Shown here: positions 11,301-22,385 of the stretch, piece after piece | Numbering within the stretch: position 1 is the stretch's first letter | Layout: every line of letters starts with the position of its first letter | Assembly: GCA_024137785.1 (NCBI GenBank) | Contig: JAHRHZ010000005.1 | Span: 342,201-374,450 of the forward strand | DNA from: Ginglymostoma cirratum | Taxonomy: Eukaryota | Reading direction: 5' to 3' | Length of the DNA: 32,250 bases | The notes under the pieces: model-generated | Told to the model about the DNA's origin: nothing | The model's input: only the letters and a program-made list of their open reading frames with translations | Databases searched by the model: none | Made by a program: the position numbers and the translations under genes

Positions 11301-12031
11301 CTATCTGAATCAAGACTGGGATAGTACGAGCAGAAAGGGCCATGGGTTCCTTAAGTGTGTTCAGGAGGGTTTTCTACAGAGTATGGGACCCAGGGTCTGC
11401 TGCATCTGGTTTTGGAGAACAAATTGGAAGACGTGGAATGGGACTGCAGAATGCTTACAGCACTGTACGTGGCTATTTGGCCCAAATTTTCCACGTGGGC
11501 CTTCCACAACAGGAATTTAGTTTGGCCCATTTCCCCACCATTCCCCTCCACCTTACCCCAAAATACTGCAATTTTATTTTCTCTTTGCTTAATTGTCCAA
11601 TTCTCTTTCAAAAGCTGCAAAGTACGACAAATCAGTGTTTACTCTGTACTTGAGCAAGGATTTAGGATCGAGAGTCTAACCCCGAACCACACCCAAAAAC
11701 TAGAAGCTCTCCGCTCCCCACCCGCCTCCTCCCCAAACTCTGTCTCTGCTCCCCGCTCGGTGAGCCCAGCATTCATGAGGAGGGGTGAGGGTGTGGAGAC
11801 AAGACCAGGTGAAGACAGACAGGGTCACGCTCCCCTCTGTCTCCCATCGCTCTCTAGGCCCACGTCCACCTTTGGTGAGGACCAACATTGACCCATTGTC
11901 CCATTAAGACTCACGTGCTTCCGAGAGGGCCAAAGAGAAGGTGAAAGGGAGGAGAAAAATCAAAGAGGCCAACGACACCTACTAGGTAGCCTACCTGCAA
12001 GGGCAGCGAGCAAGAACAGAACTTGCCACAT
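2025..12031 (-). CDS. UrIg: Non-rearranging immunoglobulin-like gene, L-V(J)-C1-C2-C3, 458 aa, probably secreted (UrIg or UrIg-like). join complement(11995..12031, 9736..10113, 6793..7110, 4185..4505, 2025..2347)
   Basis: Five exons with canonical GT-AG sites, all introns phase 1, summing to 37+378+318+321+323=1377 nt with no internal stop. Signal peptide, one V-set domain with built-in J motif and three C1-set domains. The name comes from recalled properties of shark UrIg (non-rearranging V plus C domains, no TM), not from an alignment. Confidence 0.8.
2590..2985. repeat. ~38-bp minisatellite (aacaggcagtcaatgcctgaatatgagagcagatgtgt)
   Basis: About 10 diverged tandem units in the C2-C3 intron. 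Confidence 0.88.
3140..3965. repeat. 37-bp minisatellite (tttactgcctgtcctccattatcctgatacctgtata) with an assembly gap at 3741-3750
   Basis: About 20 tandem units, near-identical between 3400 and 3950. Confidence 0.95.
4185..4505 (-). CDS. C1-set constant domain exon 2
   Basis: Acceptor gttacacag|, donor CGG G|gtaagg, 321 nt. Motifs: PKLYLLSPTLEEL, ATLVCLATGFYP, FHW, NGTYSSQSEL, YTCEIQH. Confidence 0.95.
4890..5285 (+). mobile_element. CR1-type LINE 3' end
   Basis: Contains agatgaggag..ttcacccagagagtggtgagcctatggaattc and a (ttctatgt)n tail. Confidence 0.8.
5620..5942 (-). mobile_element. tRNA-derived V-SINE (HE1-like)
   Basis: On the minus strand: A box tggctcagttg, B box ggttcaattcc, core gtgtggagtttgcacattctccc...ggtttcctcccacagtccaaaga, and a CR1-like tail. 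Confidence 0.85.
5960..6222 (+). mobile_element. CR1-type 3' fragment, continuation of 5470-5610 interrupted by the SINE
   Basis: EIRRNLFTQTVESLWNSL motif; the upstream part lies left of the SINE. Confidence 0.65.
6608..6732 (-). mobile_element. Penelope-like terminal repeat fragment
   Basis: Near-identical inverted match to 20912-21002 and 27575-27666; carries a hammerhead-like remnant, gaagggtttaggcccgaaacgtc. Confidence 0.65.
6793..7110 (-). CDS. C1-set constant domain exon 1
   Basis: Acceptor ccatttcag|, donor ACT G|gtaagt, 318 nt. Motifs: ISLLCAAESFYP, FSW, NGTYTAISKL, SCQVSH. Confidence 0.93.
7380..7840 (+). mobile_element. Old CR1-type 3' fragment
   Basis: Decayed tttagaag..gaggc..cttattga, tggaacactct and ggccgaatggcct..tctgctcc motifs. 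Confidence 0.6.
8070..8500 (+). mobile_element. CR1-type 3' fragment
   Basis: FGLYPQEFRRFRCDLVETYKILRGL...MFPL. Confidence 0.8.
8860..9495 (+). mobile_element. CR1-type LINE 3' fragment (V-C1 intron)
   Basis: Collinear with 28925-29560 and 17500-18115. Confidence 0.85.
9736..10113 (-). CDS. V-set domain exon including a J-like G strand
   Basis: Acceptor tttttccttgcag|, donor GCA G|gtaggt, 378 nt. Motifs: TVTLNC, IW, DRFIGS, FSLTIKGLRQEDSARYYC, WSGCGVTLTVK. Confidence 0.95.
11995..12031 (-). CDS. Leader exon (MWQVLFLLAALA-G) of the Ig-like gene
   Basis: ATG TGG CAA GTT CTG TTC TTG CTC GCT GCC CTT GCA G|gtaggc. Hydrophobic 12-mer with a phase-1 donor that joins in frame to the V exon (GPLTA/DDTL). 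A split leader is typical of Ig/TCR V genes. Too short for the ORF track. Confidence 0.85.
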
Positions 12032-12239
12032 TCTTTGAGCTCTGCGGCAAATTCTTCGCAAATGGCAATCTGTAATTAGCTTTGGATCTTAGGCCTGTTT
12101 GAGATGACTGAGAGGCATTTGGTTGCCTCCGAGTGGTTCAGTGGCTCAACTGAAAGTAAGACAGAGTTGGCTGCTGAATATTGACCTCCCGTGGACCCCT
12201 CCCCAGTCTGATCCACTTATTGCAACAGACTGTTGTACA

Positions 12240-12253
12240 GGTTAATCGTTCAC
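12240..12253 (+). promoter_or_regulatory. Candidate HNF1 site ~210 bp upstream of the Ig-like ATG
   Basis: GGTTAATCGTTCAC versus consensus GTTAATNATTAAC (2 mismatches); motif match only. Confidence 0.3.
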
Positions 12254-13089
12254 TCGTGAAGTCTGGCATAAATAACTCCAATGGTACCTTGTACTGAACG
12301 GGAAAACTTTCCTCTAAAACTGACCAATTCATTGAATTATATTCATTGCACTGGATTTGGAACGAGTGCGTTGTTAGTGTTGTTACATTTCCCGCTCGTT
12401 CTGAAGGATAAACATACGGACAATGTGGAAAAACCCCGCAAGTATTTTTGGAACATTGTTTTGACGCTGAACAACTGTAAATGGGTAAAATTTCACTGAG
12501 ACTGAAACAAGCTTAGAGCCTCCGGATGAGGACCGAACTGTTCATCACTGGGATAAGAAGAGGGGCATGATTTTAAGGGCAGGAAGTTTAGAGGGGATTT
12601 GAGGAATTTTTTTTCACACGGAGGGTGGTGGGAATCTGGAACGCGGTATCAGAGAGCGTAGTAGAGGTGGGAAGCCTCAGAACCATTAAAGGGTTACATG
12701 CATGAGCACTTGAAATGTCATAACATTCCAGACTAGAGGAAAAGGCACCGACTTGATGGGCTGAAGGGCCACTTCAGCGTTATATGACTTAGAGGGCCGT
12801 GACTCACTGGCCTTATGAGCTGTGGCTTCCTAGCCACTCAGTACACATTGTTGCCTGCCCAGCGTTGCATCTAGGCCAGACTGGGTATGGAGAGGAGATT
12901 TCCTTTCCAAAAGGGCATTATCAGATGAGTTTTTACAATCGTTGATGACAATCTTCATCTCCACCATTTAGCTTCATATCCCAAATTTATTAATTTACAT
13001 TGTCTCCCCCCCCACTGCTAAGGCAGGAATTGAACCCCTGTTCCCACAGCATGAGCCTCTGGCTCAGTGATATTATCTCTCAATCATCA

Positions 13090-13810
13090 TTACTCCCACC
13101 TCTTTGGAATGCCTAAACTTTCAGTGGCATTACCATGGCTGAATCCCTCACTATCAACATCCTGAGGCTTACCATTGCCCAGAAACAGAACTGGACAAGC
13201 CACATAAACATTGTGACAACAACAGGAGGTCAGAGGATGGGAATTCTGTTGTGAGTAACTCATCTCCTGATTCCCCAAAGCCTGTCCACTATCTACAAAG
13301 TACAAGTGAGGAGTGTGATGGAATACTCCCCACTTGCCAGGATGAGTGCCGCCCCAACAACACTCAAGAAGCTTGACACCATCCAGGACAAAGCAGCCGC
13401 TTGATTGGCACGACATTCCACAAGTATCCATTCCCTCCAGCACCTATGCTCAGTAGCAGCAGCGTGTACGACCAACAAGATGCACAGCAGTAATTAACCA
13501 AAGCTCCTTACAAACATACATCCTCTGCCATCTAGAAGGGGAAGGGTAGTAGACACAGGGGAACAGCAGCCCCTGCAAGTTCCCTCCAAACCACTCTCCG
13601 TCCTGACTTGGCAATATATTGCTGCTCCTTCACTGTCTCTGGGTCAAAATCCTGAAACCCCTTCTGAACCCCTGCAGTCCCTACAATCCAAGGCCTCCAG
13701 TGGTTCAAGGAAACAGCTCGCCACCGACTTCTCAGGGGAGCAACTGGGGATGGACAATAAATGCTGGCCTCACCAATGATCTCAGCGTCCCACAAATGAG
13801 GAAAAAAACC
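13090..13810 (+). mobile_element. Degenerate LINE 3' end (L2/CR1 group)
   Basis: Decayed coding-like segment followed by the tail gggatggacaataaatgctggcc...aaatgaggaaaaaaa. Homologous pieces lie in reverse at 800-1015, 5285-5440, 6225-6420 and 23320-23545. Confidence 0.6.
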
Positions 13811-14919
13811 TGACCTTGGTCTCCTGTAAGAAGATCTCTTTGTCTAATCTGTGGATGTTAAATTGTGTTCAGTAACATTCTTATGAAGCATTTTAGGACA
13901 CTTATTGTAATATGTAAAGGTAAGTTAGGAAACGCCACAGAGAGTGGTGGAAATCGGAAATTCTCTTGCCCCAGAAGGCGGTGATCACTGGGGGTTAATT
14001 GCAATGTTTAAGAGTTAACATCAATAGATTCTCATTTGCAATGGGCAACAATAAGTACGCAGCAAATGCAGGTAGTGGGACTGAGAAACAGTCCAACCGT
14101 GATCCCAGAGACTGACAGATTGTGCTTAATGGGCCAAATGGCCACATTCTGTAACCCATCAGCTGATACAGCAAAATTATTTGTCTCCTTTCAGCTTGGT
14201 ATACATTGGAATCGATACCATTGGCTCTGTGAGTGATCACTCCAGTTAATAGTTAATGGGATCGGGTCATTAGTTGCACAAATATCATTCCAAATATTCA
14301 GTTTTCAACCAAACTGTTAACTAATTTATCATTTCAATCACACGTATGAGGTCAGTATTGTTCACAAACGAAAGTACTGTTCCAAAAACAAAATTACGCT
14401 TTGGAACTTTTAATGAAATATTCAATTTACTGACATAAACAAGTCAGAGCAAATGAATAGTTGAATGTTTAAGGTCCAACGAAAGATTACAAAAGTTTGT
14501 CGACTTCTGAACTTGGTCAGATAGCGCCCAGGCTGCAGAATGAACACAGTGAAATGTGTAGCAGAGGTTTAAGGGCTCTCTCTACTATTAACAGTTTCCC
14601 TATGTAAGCTCATGTATTAAAGGGGCATGTACTGGAGTTCACCCAAGTCATTGTGAAATGGAGCTGAAGGTATTTGCTGACGCTGACATATTTACTACAG
14701 CCTGCAGACGTCTTCAAAACTTAGGTGTCTAATTTGTATCTCCTTAGTACAATACATGCTTATTTGTTAATGCAGCTGTCCAGAGAATTGCAAAATGGTT
14801 ACAACACAGAAGGACACTCAGCCCATAGTGTCTATACTGGCTCACTGCAAGAGGAATTCACCGAGTGGCACACTTTTGTGATTAGGTCACAGTCCTGCAA
14901 ATATTTCCTGTTTGATGAC

Positions 14920-15600
14920 GATTGATTGATTGAATTATTGTCACGTGTACTGAAGTACGGTGAAAAGCTTTGTTTATGAGCGGTCAAGGCAGATCATGGT
15001 AAGCAAGGTTGGACAGATCAAAATGACTTAGACAGAAGCAGAGCACAAGGTGTGCGCTAGGCAAGATCAACGTTGGCAAGATCAATCATTATTTGAGGCT
15101 AGAGAGTCCATTCATCAGTCTAATAGCGGCTGGGAAGAAGCTGTTCCTGAACCTGCTGGTGCGTATGTTCAGGCTTCTGTATCTTCTGCCTGATGGAAGA
15201 AGTTGTAGGAGGTCATTACCAGGCTGCGATGAGTCTTTAATAATGTTGGCCACCTTTCCGCGGCAGCGAGCTGTGTAAATGGAGTCCATGGATAGAAGCT
15301 TGGCTTCTGTGATGGTCTGGACTGTGCACACCACCTCCTGTAGTTTCTTACGGTCCTCGGCAGAGCAGTTGTCGTACCAGGCCGTTATGCATCTGGACAG
15401 TACGCTTTCAATGGTGCATCTGTTGAAGTTGGTGATGTTCCTTATGGCCATGCCAAATTTCCTGAGCCACCTGAAGAAGAAGAGGTGCCGTTGTGCCTTC
15501 TTGACTGTCACATCTACGGGGCAGTCCAGGACAGGTTGTCGTTTATCGTCACTGCGAGTAACTTGGTGTTCTCCACCCCCTCAACTTCAGTCCCATTAAT
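14920..15600 (-). mobile_element. Rex1/Babar-type LINE 3' fragment
   Basis: ORF 15089-15511 (KKAQRHLFFFRWLRKFG...RCTIESVL..CITAWY...LLPSGRRYRS...RFRNSFFP) is the characteristic post-RT C-terminus; (caat)n tail. Confidence 0.8.
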
Positions 15601-16359
15601 GATGAAAGCCTTGGTTGAATCAGCTTCCACCACTCTCCCAAGCAAGGCCAGCCAATCGCTCAGTGTGTGTGCTAAAGTTTGTCCTCATTTCACTCTAGCT
15701 CCTTTTGCCAACCACGAAAGTCGGTGTCCTCTGGTTTTTAATCCCTACCACCAGTGGGAACTGTTCCTCCCGAAATATTCCATCCAGACCCCTTGTAATT
15801 TTGAAGATCTCGAGCAAATTTCCTCTCGACCTTCCCAAAGGAGGACCTGTCCAATAAAATCTAATGGATATTGGGTTAACTTTGGAATCTGATTTTCTTA
15901 AGATTGCTTTGCAGATGTGAGAGAATCAAAGTCACTTTTTGTAACTTACAATGGATTGTCAAACTCTAAAAACAGTTTGGGAGAAATGGTGGGACCAAGC
16001 TGTCATAGTGTGACCAAGGCTGATCTGTGTGTGTTGTCCAAGGTTAAGTTTTGTCAGAGATCTCAGCATCAGCTGTGAGAGAGATTCCTGCGCTCTCTCT
16101 CCCCCTCTAACTCTACCTAAGACAGCATCCTATTTGCTGACTTTGACTGTGTCCACATTGCTCCAAGCAAACAAGGAACCTTTAAAGGAAGATTTCATTT
16201 CCATTGCAATTTACTTACAGACAGTCAGCTCTTAGTTTTCCATCTCTTTCTTATTGAAGTTTAACTTATCTCAAGTTACTCTCCTGTAAAATTTTGTAAT
16301 CTGCATTTCTAGTGTATGATTCAAGTGTGTGTGCACACAGCTTGTTGAAATTGGGATAT

Positions 16360-16732
16360 GAATCATAGAATCATAGATCATAGAACCTCTACAGTGTGGA
16401 AGCAGGCCATTGAGTCCATCAAGTCCAGACCAACCATCTGAATAGCATCCCACCCATAACCGACCCCCACCCCCTCCATCCTATCCCTGTAACCCTTTAT
16501 TTCCCAAGACTAATCAACCTGATCTACACATTCCTGGCAATTTAGCATGGCTGAGCCACCTTTGCTGCACATTTTAGGACCATGGGAGGAAACCTGAGCA
16601 CCCAGAGGAAACCCACGCAGACACAGGGAGAACATGCAAACTCTTCACAGACAGTCACCCAAGAGTGGAATCAAGCCTGGGTCCCTGGTGCTATGAGACA
16701 GTAATGCAAAACCCTCAGTCACTGTGCCGTCG
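16360..16732 (-). mobile_element. tRNA-derived V-SINE (HE1-like), second copy
   Basis: Same core as 5620-5942, with a (gaatcata)n tail at the left end. Confidence 0.85.
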
Positions 16733-16948
16733 AAATATACTTTTACATTTTTTGTTTAACTGAGTATGTTTTAGCCTAATACATTACTTTTTAACTAAAA
16801 AACAAACTGCCAGTTAGACCATGGACCATTGAATATAGGTGCAGAATTAGGCCATTCAGCCCATCATCCCTGCTCCACTATTTGATCATGGCTGGTATGT
16901 TTCTCATTCTCCTGCCTTCTCCTTTTACCCCTTCTTCCTCTTACTGAT

Positions 16949-18115
16949 GTGGGCAGAATGGTCAATTTTGTTTATTTGGAGTTTAGTAAAGCATTTGATA
17001 AGGTTCCATATGGTAGACTGATCAGTAAAGTTAGATCACATGGGATTCTGGGTGAGCTTGCCAATTGGATACAAAATTGGTATAACAGCAAGAGACAGAG
17101 GGTGGTGATGGAGGGATGTTGTTTAGAATGGAGGCCTCTGAAAAGTACTGTTCCACAGGGACTTTTGTGTATCATTTATGGGAATAATTTTGATGAGAAT
17201 CGAGGAGGCATGTTTAGTAGGTTTGCAGGTGACACCAAAATTGGTGGTGTAGCATACAGTGAAGAAGGTTATCTACAAGTACAAAGAGATCTTGATCAAT
17301 TGAGTCAATGGGCTATGGCTCAGATGGAGCTTAATTTGGACAAATGCAAGGAATTGCATTTTGGTACAACAAACAAGGGCAGAACTTATACAATTAATGG
17401 TAGAGCCCTGGATAGTGCTGTAGAACAGAGAGGCCTAGAGGTTCAGGGACATAATTCTTTGAAATTCCTGTCACAGATAGACAGGGTGGGTGAGAAGGCA
17501 TTTAGCATACTTGCCTTCTTTGCTCAGACCTTTGAGTACAGGAGTTGGGACGTCATGTTGAAGTTGTACAGGATGTTGATAAGACTTCTTCTGGAATACA
17601 GTGTACAGTTCTGGTCGCCCTGTTATTGGAAGGATATTATTAATCTGGAAAAGGTTCAAAACAGATTCACCAGGATGTTGCCAGGAATGGAGGATTTGAT
17701 TTATAAAAATAGGCTAATAGGCTCAGACTTTTTCACTGAAGCATAGGAGGTTGAGGGGTAAACTTACAGGAGTTTATGAAATCATAAGGGCACAGATAAG
17801 ATGAACAGTATGGGTCTTTTCCCTAAGGTGGGAGAGTTCAAAACTAGGGGGCATATTTTTAAGGAGACAGATTTGAAAAGGACATGAGGAGCGCCTTATT
17901 TTGCAGAGAGTGGTTAGTGTGTGTAATGAACTGCCAGAGGAAGTGGGGAATGCAGGTACAGTTACATCATGTAAAAGACATTTGGATAAGTGCATAAATA
18001 AGAAAGGTTTGGAGGGATATGGGCCAAACACTGGCAGGTGGGAGTAATTTAGTTTGGGAACATTGTCAGTGTGGACTAATTTGACTCGGGTCTGTTTCAT
18101 GCTGTATGACTCTAC
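16949..18115 (+). mobile_element. CR1-type LINE, 5'-truncated (RT domain and 3' UTR)
   Basis: YLEFSKAFDKVP, VPQG, FAGDTK (decayed FADD), LLEYSVQFWSP; tail ctgtatgactct. Confidence 0.92.
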
Positions 18116-18116
18116 A

Positions 18117-19262
18117 ATTAAGAACATATCTACCTTTGTCTTAAAGACACTCAATGACTTGGTATCCACTGACTTCTGTGATAATGAATTCCACAGATTC
18201 ACCACCCTCTGGCGGAAGGAATTCCTCCTCATTCCAGTTCTAAAGGGTCATCTCTTCACCCTGAGGCTGTGGTCCCAGGTCCTAGTATCTCCTATTAGTG
18301 AAAACATCTTCTCCATGTCCACTCTGTCCAGACCTCTCAGTATTCTGTAAGTTTCAGTCAGATGCCCCCCATCCTTCTAAACTGAATTGAGTACACACCC
18401 AGAGTCCTCAATTGCTCCTCAAATGATAAGCTCATCATCATTGGGATCATTCTTGTAAACTTTGTCCAACCCCTCCAATGCCAAAACATTTTCCCCTAAA
18501 TATGGAGTCCGAAACTGCTCACAATATTCCAAATGATGTATGACCAAAGCCTTATATAGTCTCAGTAGTACATCTCTACTTTTGTTTGTCAGCCCTCTCG
18601 AAATGAATGCCACCGTTGTGTTTGGCTTCCTAACTGCCAACTGACCCTGCAAGTAAACCTTAACGAATCCAGCCTAGGAATCCGAAGTCCCCTTGTGCTT
18701 TAGATTTCTGAAGCATTTCCCTATTTTGAATGTAGTCTATGCATCTGTTGTTCGTACCAAAGAGCATAAGCTCACACTTTGCCACAATGTATTGCATTTG
18801 CCGCTCTGTTGCCCACTGGCCAAGCATGTCCTAAGTCCTTCTGCAGCCTCCCTGCTTCCTCAGCACGACCTCTACCTCCAAGTATCTTTGTGTCAGCTGC
18901 AAACATAGCAACAATGTCCTCAGTTGCTTCATCCAGATTGGTAATGTATAATGTGGTAGTGTAGTTGCAACACTGACCTCTGCAGAACTCGACTAGTTAC
19001 CTGCTGCCATCCTGAAAAAGGGCTCTTAATCCCTACTCTCTGCCTTCTGCCAGTCAGCCATCCTCTATCTGTGCCAGGGCCTTGCCCTTAACAAACACCA
19101 TGGACTCTTATCTAATTCAGCAGACTCCTGTGTGGCACCTTGACAAAGGCCTTCTGGCAATCCAGACAGATTACGTCCACTGGCTCTCCTTTGTCTAACT
19201 TGCTCGTTACCTTCTCAAACAATTCTAACAGATTTGTCAGGCATGATCTGCCCTCAAAAAAG
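18117..19262 (-). mobile_element. CR1-type LINE fragment, different subfamily
   Basis: GRSCLTNLLELFE..DVICLDCQKAFVKVPH; LLRLYKALV..LEYC; RRNSFRQRVVNLWNSL. Confidence 0.9.
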
Positions 19263-20911
19263 CCAAGTTCTAGACAATTCTTTAGAAAATGGATGTAAAC
19301 AGATAAGTGCACATTGAGTTCAGAGGTAGAGGTAGGGACTGAAGGGATTAAAGGGCATGGGGAGAATGACGGAACAGGGGCCTGAGTTGAATGATCAGCC
19401 ATGATCATTTTGAAAGGTAGAGTAGGCTTCAAGGCCAAATGGCGTACTATTGCTCCAACTTTCTACTTTCCAATATTTCTATGAATTGGCCAATACCGTG
19501 TTTCTACATTCAAACCCCTGCTGCATTCCAATGAAGAAAAGCAGGGAGCCATTTCCTCTCACCTGGTTGTAATAACATACAAGAAAGGCTCTTTTTAAAT
19601 GCAATGAAGTTTTCTGCCTCTTCCACCTCCTCAGCACCAACTTCTGAATAAACTGAAATATTTTTCAATCCCACTAACCACTACTAATTACTTTGTATGT
19701 ATTCTCGCTGGTATTCTTAGAAAAACAATGACTATCCACTCTATCTAGGCCCCTGATTTATAAACATCAAATGTAAATTTCCCTTCTCTCTTGTCTCTTC
19801 CAAAGAATGCAACCCTGATCTATTCCTCATTGCTAGAGTACTTCATTGTGGAAATATCCTCTGTCAGTGACTTCTGAACTGTCTCTAGTCCTGCAATGCA
19901 AGGACCAGAACTCCATACAATGCTTCAGCTATGTTCTATCTGCAGTTGTAGCATGACTTCTCTGCTTTTAAATGCTGTTTCTCAGCTAAAGAAAGTATCT
20001 GATGAAAATAAAAGCAGGAAAGTAACACATATTTCTTCTAAACTATTTTAAGTACCTGTCCTGTCATCTCCAGTGAGCAGTGACTATGCATTCCAAGGTC
20101 CCTCTGTTCTTTTACACTTTTCTCCCGTGCTGCCATTTATTGTGTATTTCTCATTTATTGTGTATTTCTCCGCCATACTATGCATTATCCAATATTCCAC
20201 TTGCTGCTTATTCTCCTACCTGGCCATTCCATTGATAGCTGTCTGCTGTCCCTAACTTTCTTCCACATTTTCAACCTGGTGACCAATTCTGCATATCATG
20301 AACCTTTACATTTCCAACCAGTCACTTATCTCAATGTGTGCATGTCCCTGTTTCTGTTGGTGAGATGCGTCATTGATTATTCGTAAATAATTTTGCAGTT
20401 CCTTCAGTTACTAATAATATCTTAGAAAAACAGCACGATTGTAAAAATACTGATGCAATCTTGCTACATTTATTCAGTTCTCTGTCACAGAATATCGATG
20501 ATTCTCACATTCCTGCATAATGTAGACTCTATGTCTGTGATGCCGCCTTTTTTGATGTTGTGGGAGTCTAATTCCAATGCTGGCACCAAGACAAAAGTAA
20601 CAAAGTGTGAAAGTTGGAGATCAGAAATAAAAACAGAAGTTGCTGGTAGCACATGGCCGATCCAGAGCAGCATAACGTTTCAGACCTTTCATCAGAACTT
20701 GAAAAAAGAAGATGGACAAGTTAGAGATTTTCAGCCAGTGTAAGGGTATTAAGAGGTAAACAGAAGCTCTGTGGTGGGATTTTTAAAAAAAATTTCATCA
20801 TGCAATAGCCAAAGTGGTCAAGTTAAAAAAAGACAAAGGTTGTATACAAATGATCTGTGAATGGCTTAATCAGAATCACAATCCAACTAATTAGCAATAT
20901 GTCCTCATCCT

Positions 20912-21002
20912 GGATAACAAGCATGGAGCTGGATGAACACAGCAGGTCAAGCAGCATCATAGGAGCAGGAAAACTTGACGTTTCGGGCCTAAACCCTTCA
21001 TC
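20912..21002 (+). mobile_element. Penelope-like terminal repeat fragment
   Basis: gataacaagcatggagctggatgaacacagcaggtcaagcagcatc...gacgtttcgggcctaaacccttcatc. Confidence 0.65.
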
Positions 21003-22385
21003 CTGTACTGTATGTTCCCTTTCTGAATTTGGTTTTCTTGCTTTTTAGGCCTGATGAACACAAGATGAAAAATTGCAATGCATGTCCCTTTTCAGCAATG
21101 TTCAGCAACTATGTAAAAACCATGAGGGCAATATGCAGCACTCCTTTGGTACTGCACCAACATTTCAGCCTGGATTCTTGTGTTCAAGTTCTGGAGTGGC
21201 ACTTGGACCCACAACCTGCCGAATTCACCCATCAGGTCTGGTTGAGGCTGGTGGTAGGTGTGGGGTACATGCTGGGGAGTTGTGACAGGATAGATGGTAG
21301 ATTTTGCAGTTTCGTTGTGGCGTTCTGTAGGGGTCTGGGGCATCTTATATATCTTCCAAATTGTTGTTCCATTCCATCCAAGTCAATGAAAATGTAAACT
21401 AGGATCAGACATTAAACCAGCTTTCCATTCACTACCAATTGTTCAATACCTCTGTGGAAAGTCAGCATCTACACCCTGGATTCTTACAGAAGGTTTTCAA
21501 ACCCACAGCAGTATCCGATAAACAAAATTACAATTAAAAGCTACAACTAAACAGTCCCAATGTAGTGATATTACACGGTGCAGAGCTGGATGAACGCAGC
21601 AGGCCAAGCAGCATCAGAGGAGCAGGAAAGCTTGACATTTCGGGCCTAGAAAATCCCAAGACTGCTGACAGATAAATCGAGGTCTAATTTACATGAAGCA
21701 TTGATTTAAGTAGTTTTTATGTAAAAGAATCCTATATACTCACTTTAAATATACCCCTGCGGGAGAGATTGTCAAACCAGACCATTGAGGAATCGGTCAT
21801 TGGTTCCTTTATTTAGTCCAACATTTAAGCTGGCAGGGTAAAGGTTTTAATGGGTGAGACAGAAAACAGATTTCAAATGAGGAACACCTTTCCATTTATT
21901 TGTGGTCATTGTATCACCCTCTGAAAAGTAATACGCTGGCCACATTACAAACACACCTTCTTCAAAGATCAGGTTCAGGCAATGGTTTTCAACCTGGAGC
22001 TCTGGTTCAGGAACAGTCAGCATTGTGTCACAAGGTCTGCAAACTCTGGAGCTCACAAGTCATTTTTTGTTCATTTTTGTGGAATGTGGGTGTCCATAAG
22101 ACCATAAGACAGAGGAGCAGAAATCAGACCATTCGACATATTGGGTCTACTCCGCCATTCAATCATGGCTGATAAGTTTCTCTACCCCATTCTCCTGCCT
22201 TCTCCCTGTAACCTTTGACTCCTTTCACAAACCTTTTGCTGTCTTAAATATACTGACTGGCTGGGCTAGCATTTATTCCCCAGCTCTAATTGCTCAGAGC
22301 ACAATTAAGAGTCAACGTCATCGCTGTGGGTCTGGAGTCATATGTAGACCAGCATATTTCCTTCCCTAAAGCATATTAGAGAACC

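Noticed and set aside
11355-11891. 178-aa plus-strand ORF in the leader-V intron
   Set aside because: No recognisable domain, and it begins in decayed LINE-like sequence.
11915-11990. Alternative leader exon ending at a gtgagt donor (11914)
   Set aside because: No suitable in-frame ATG. The 11995-12031 exon gives a cleaner signal peptide in the correct phase.
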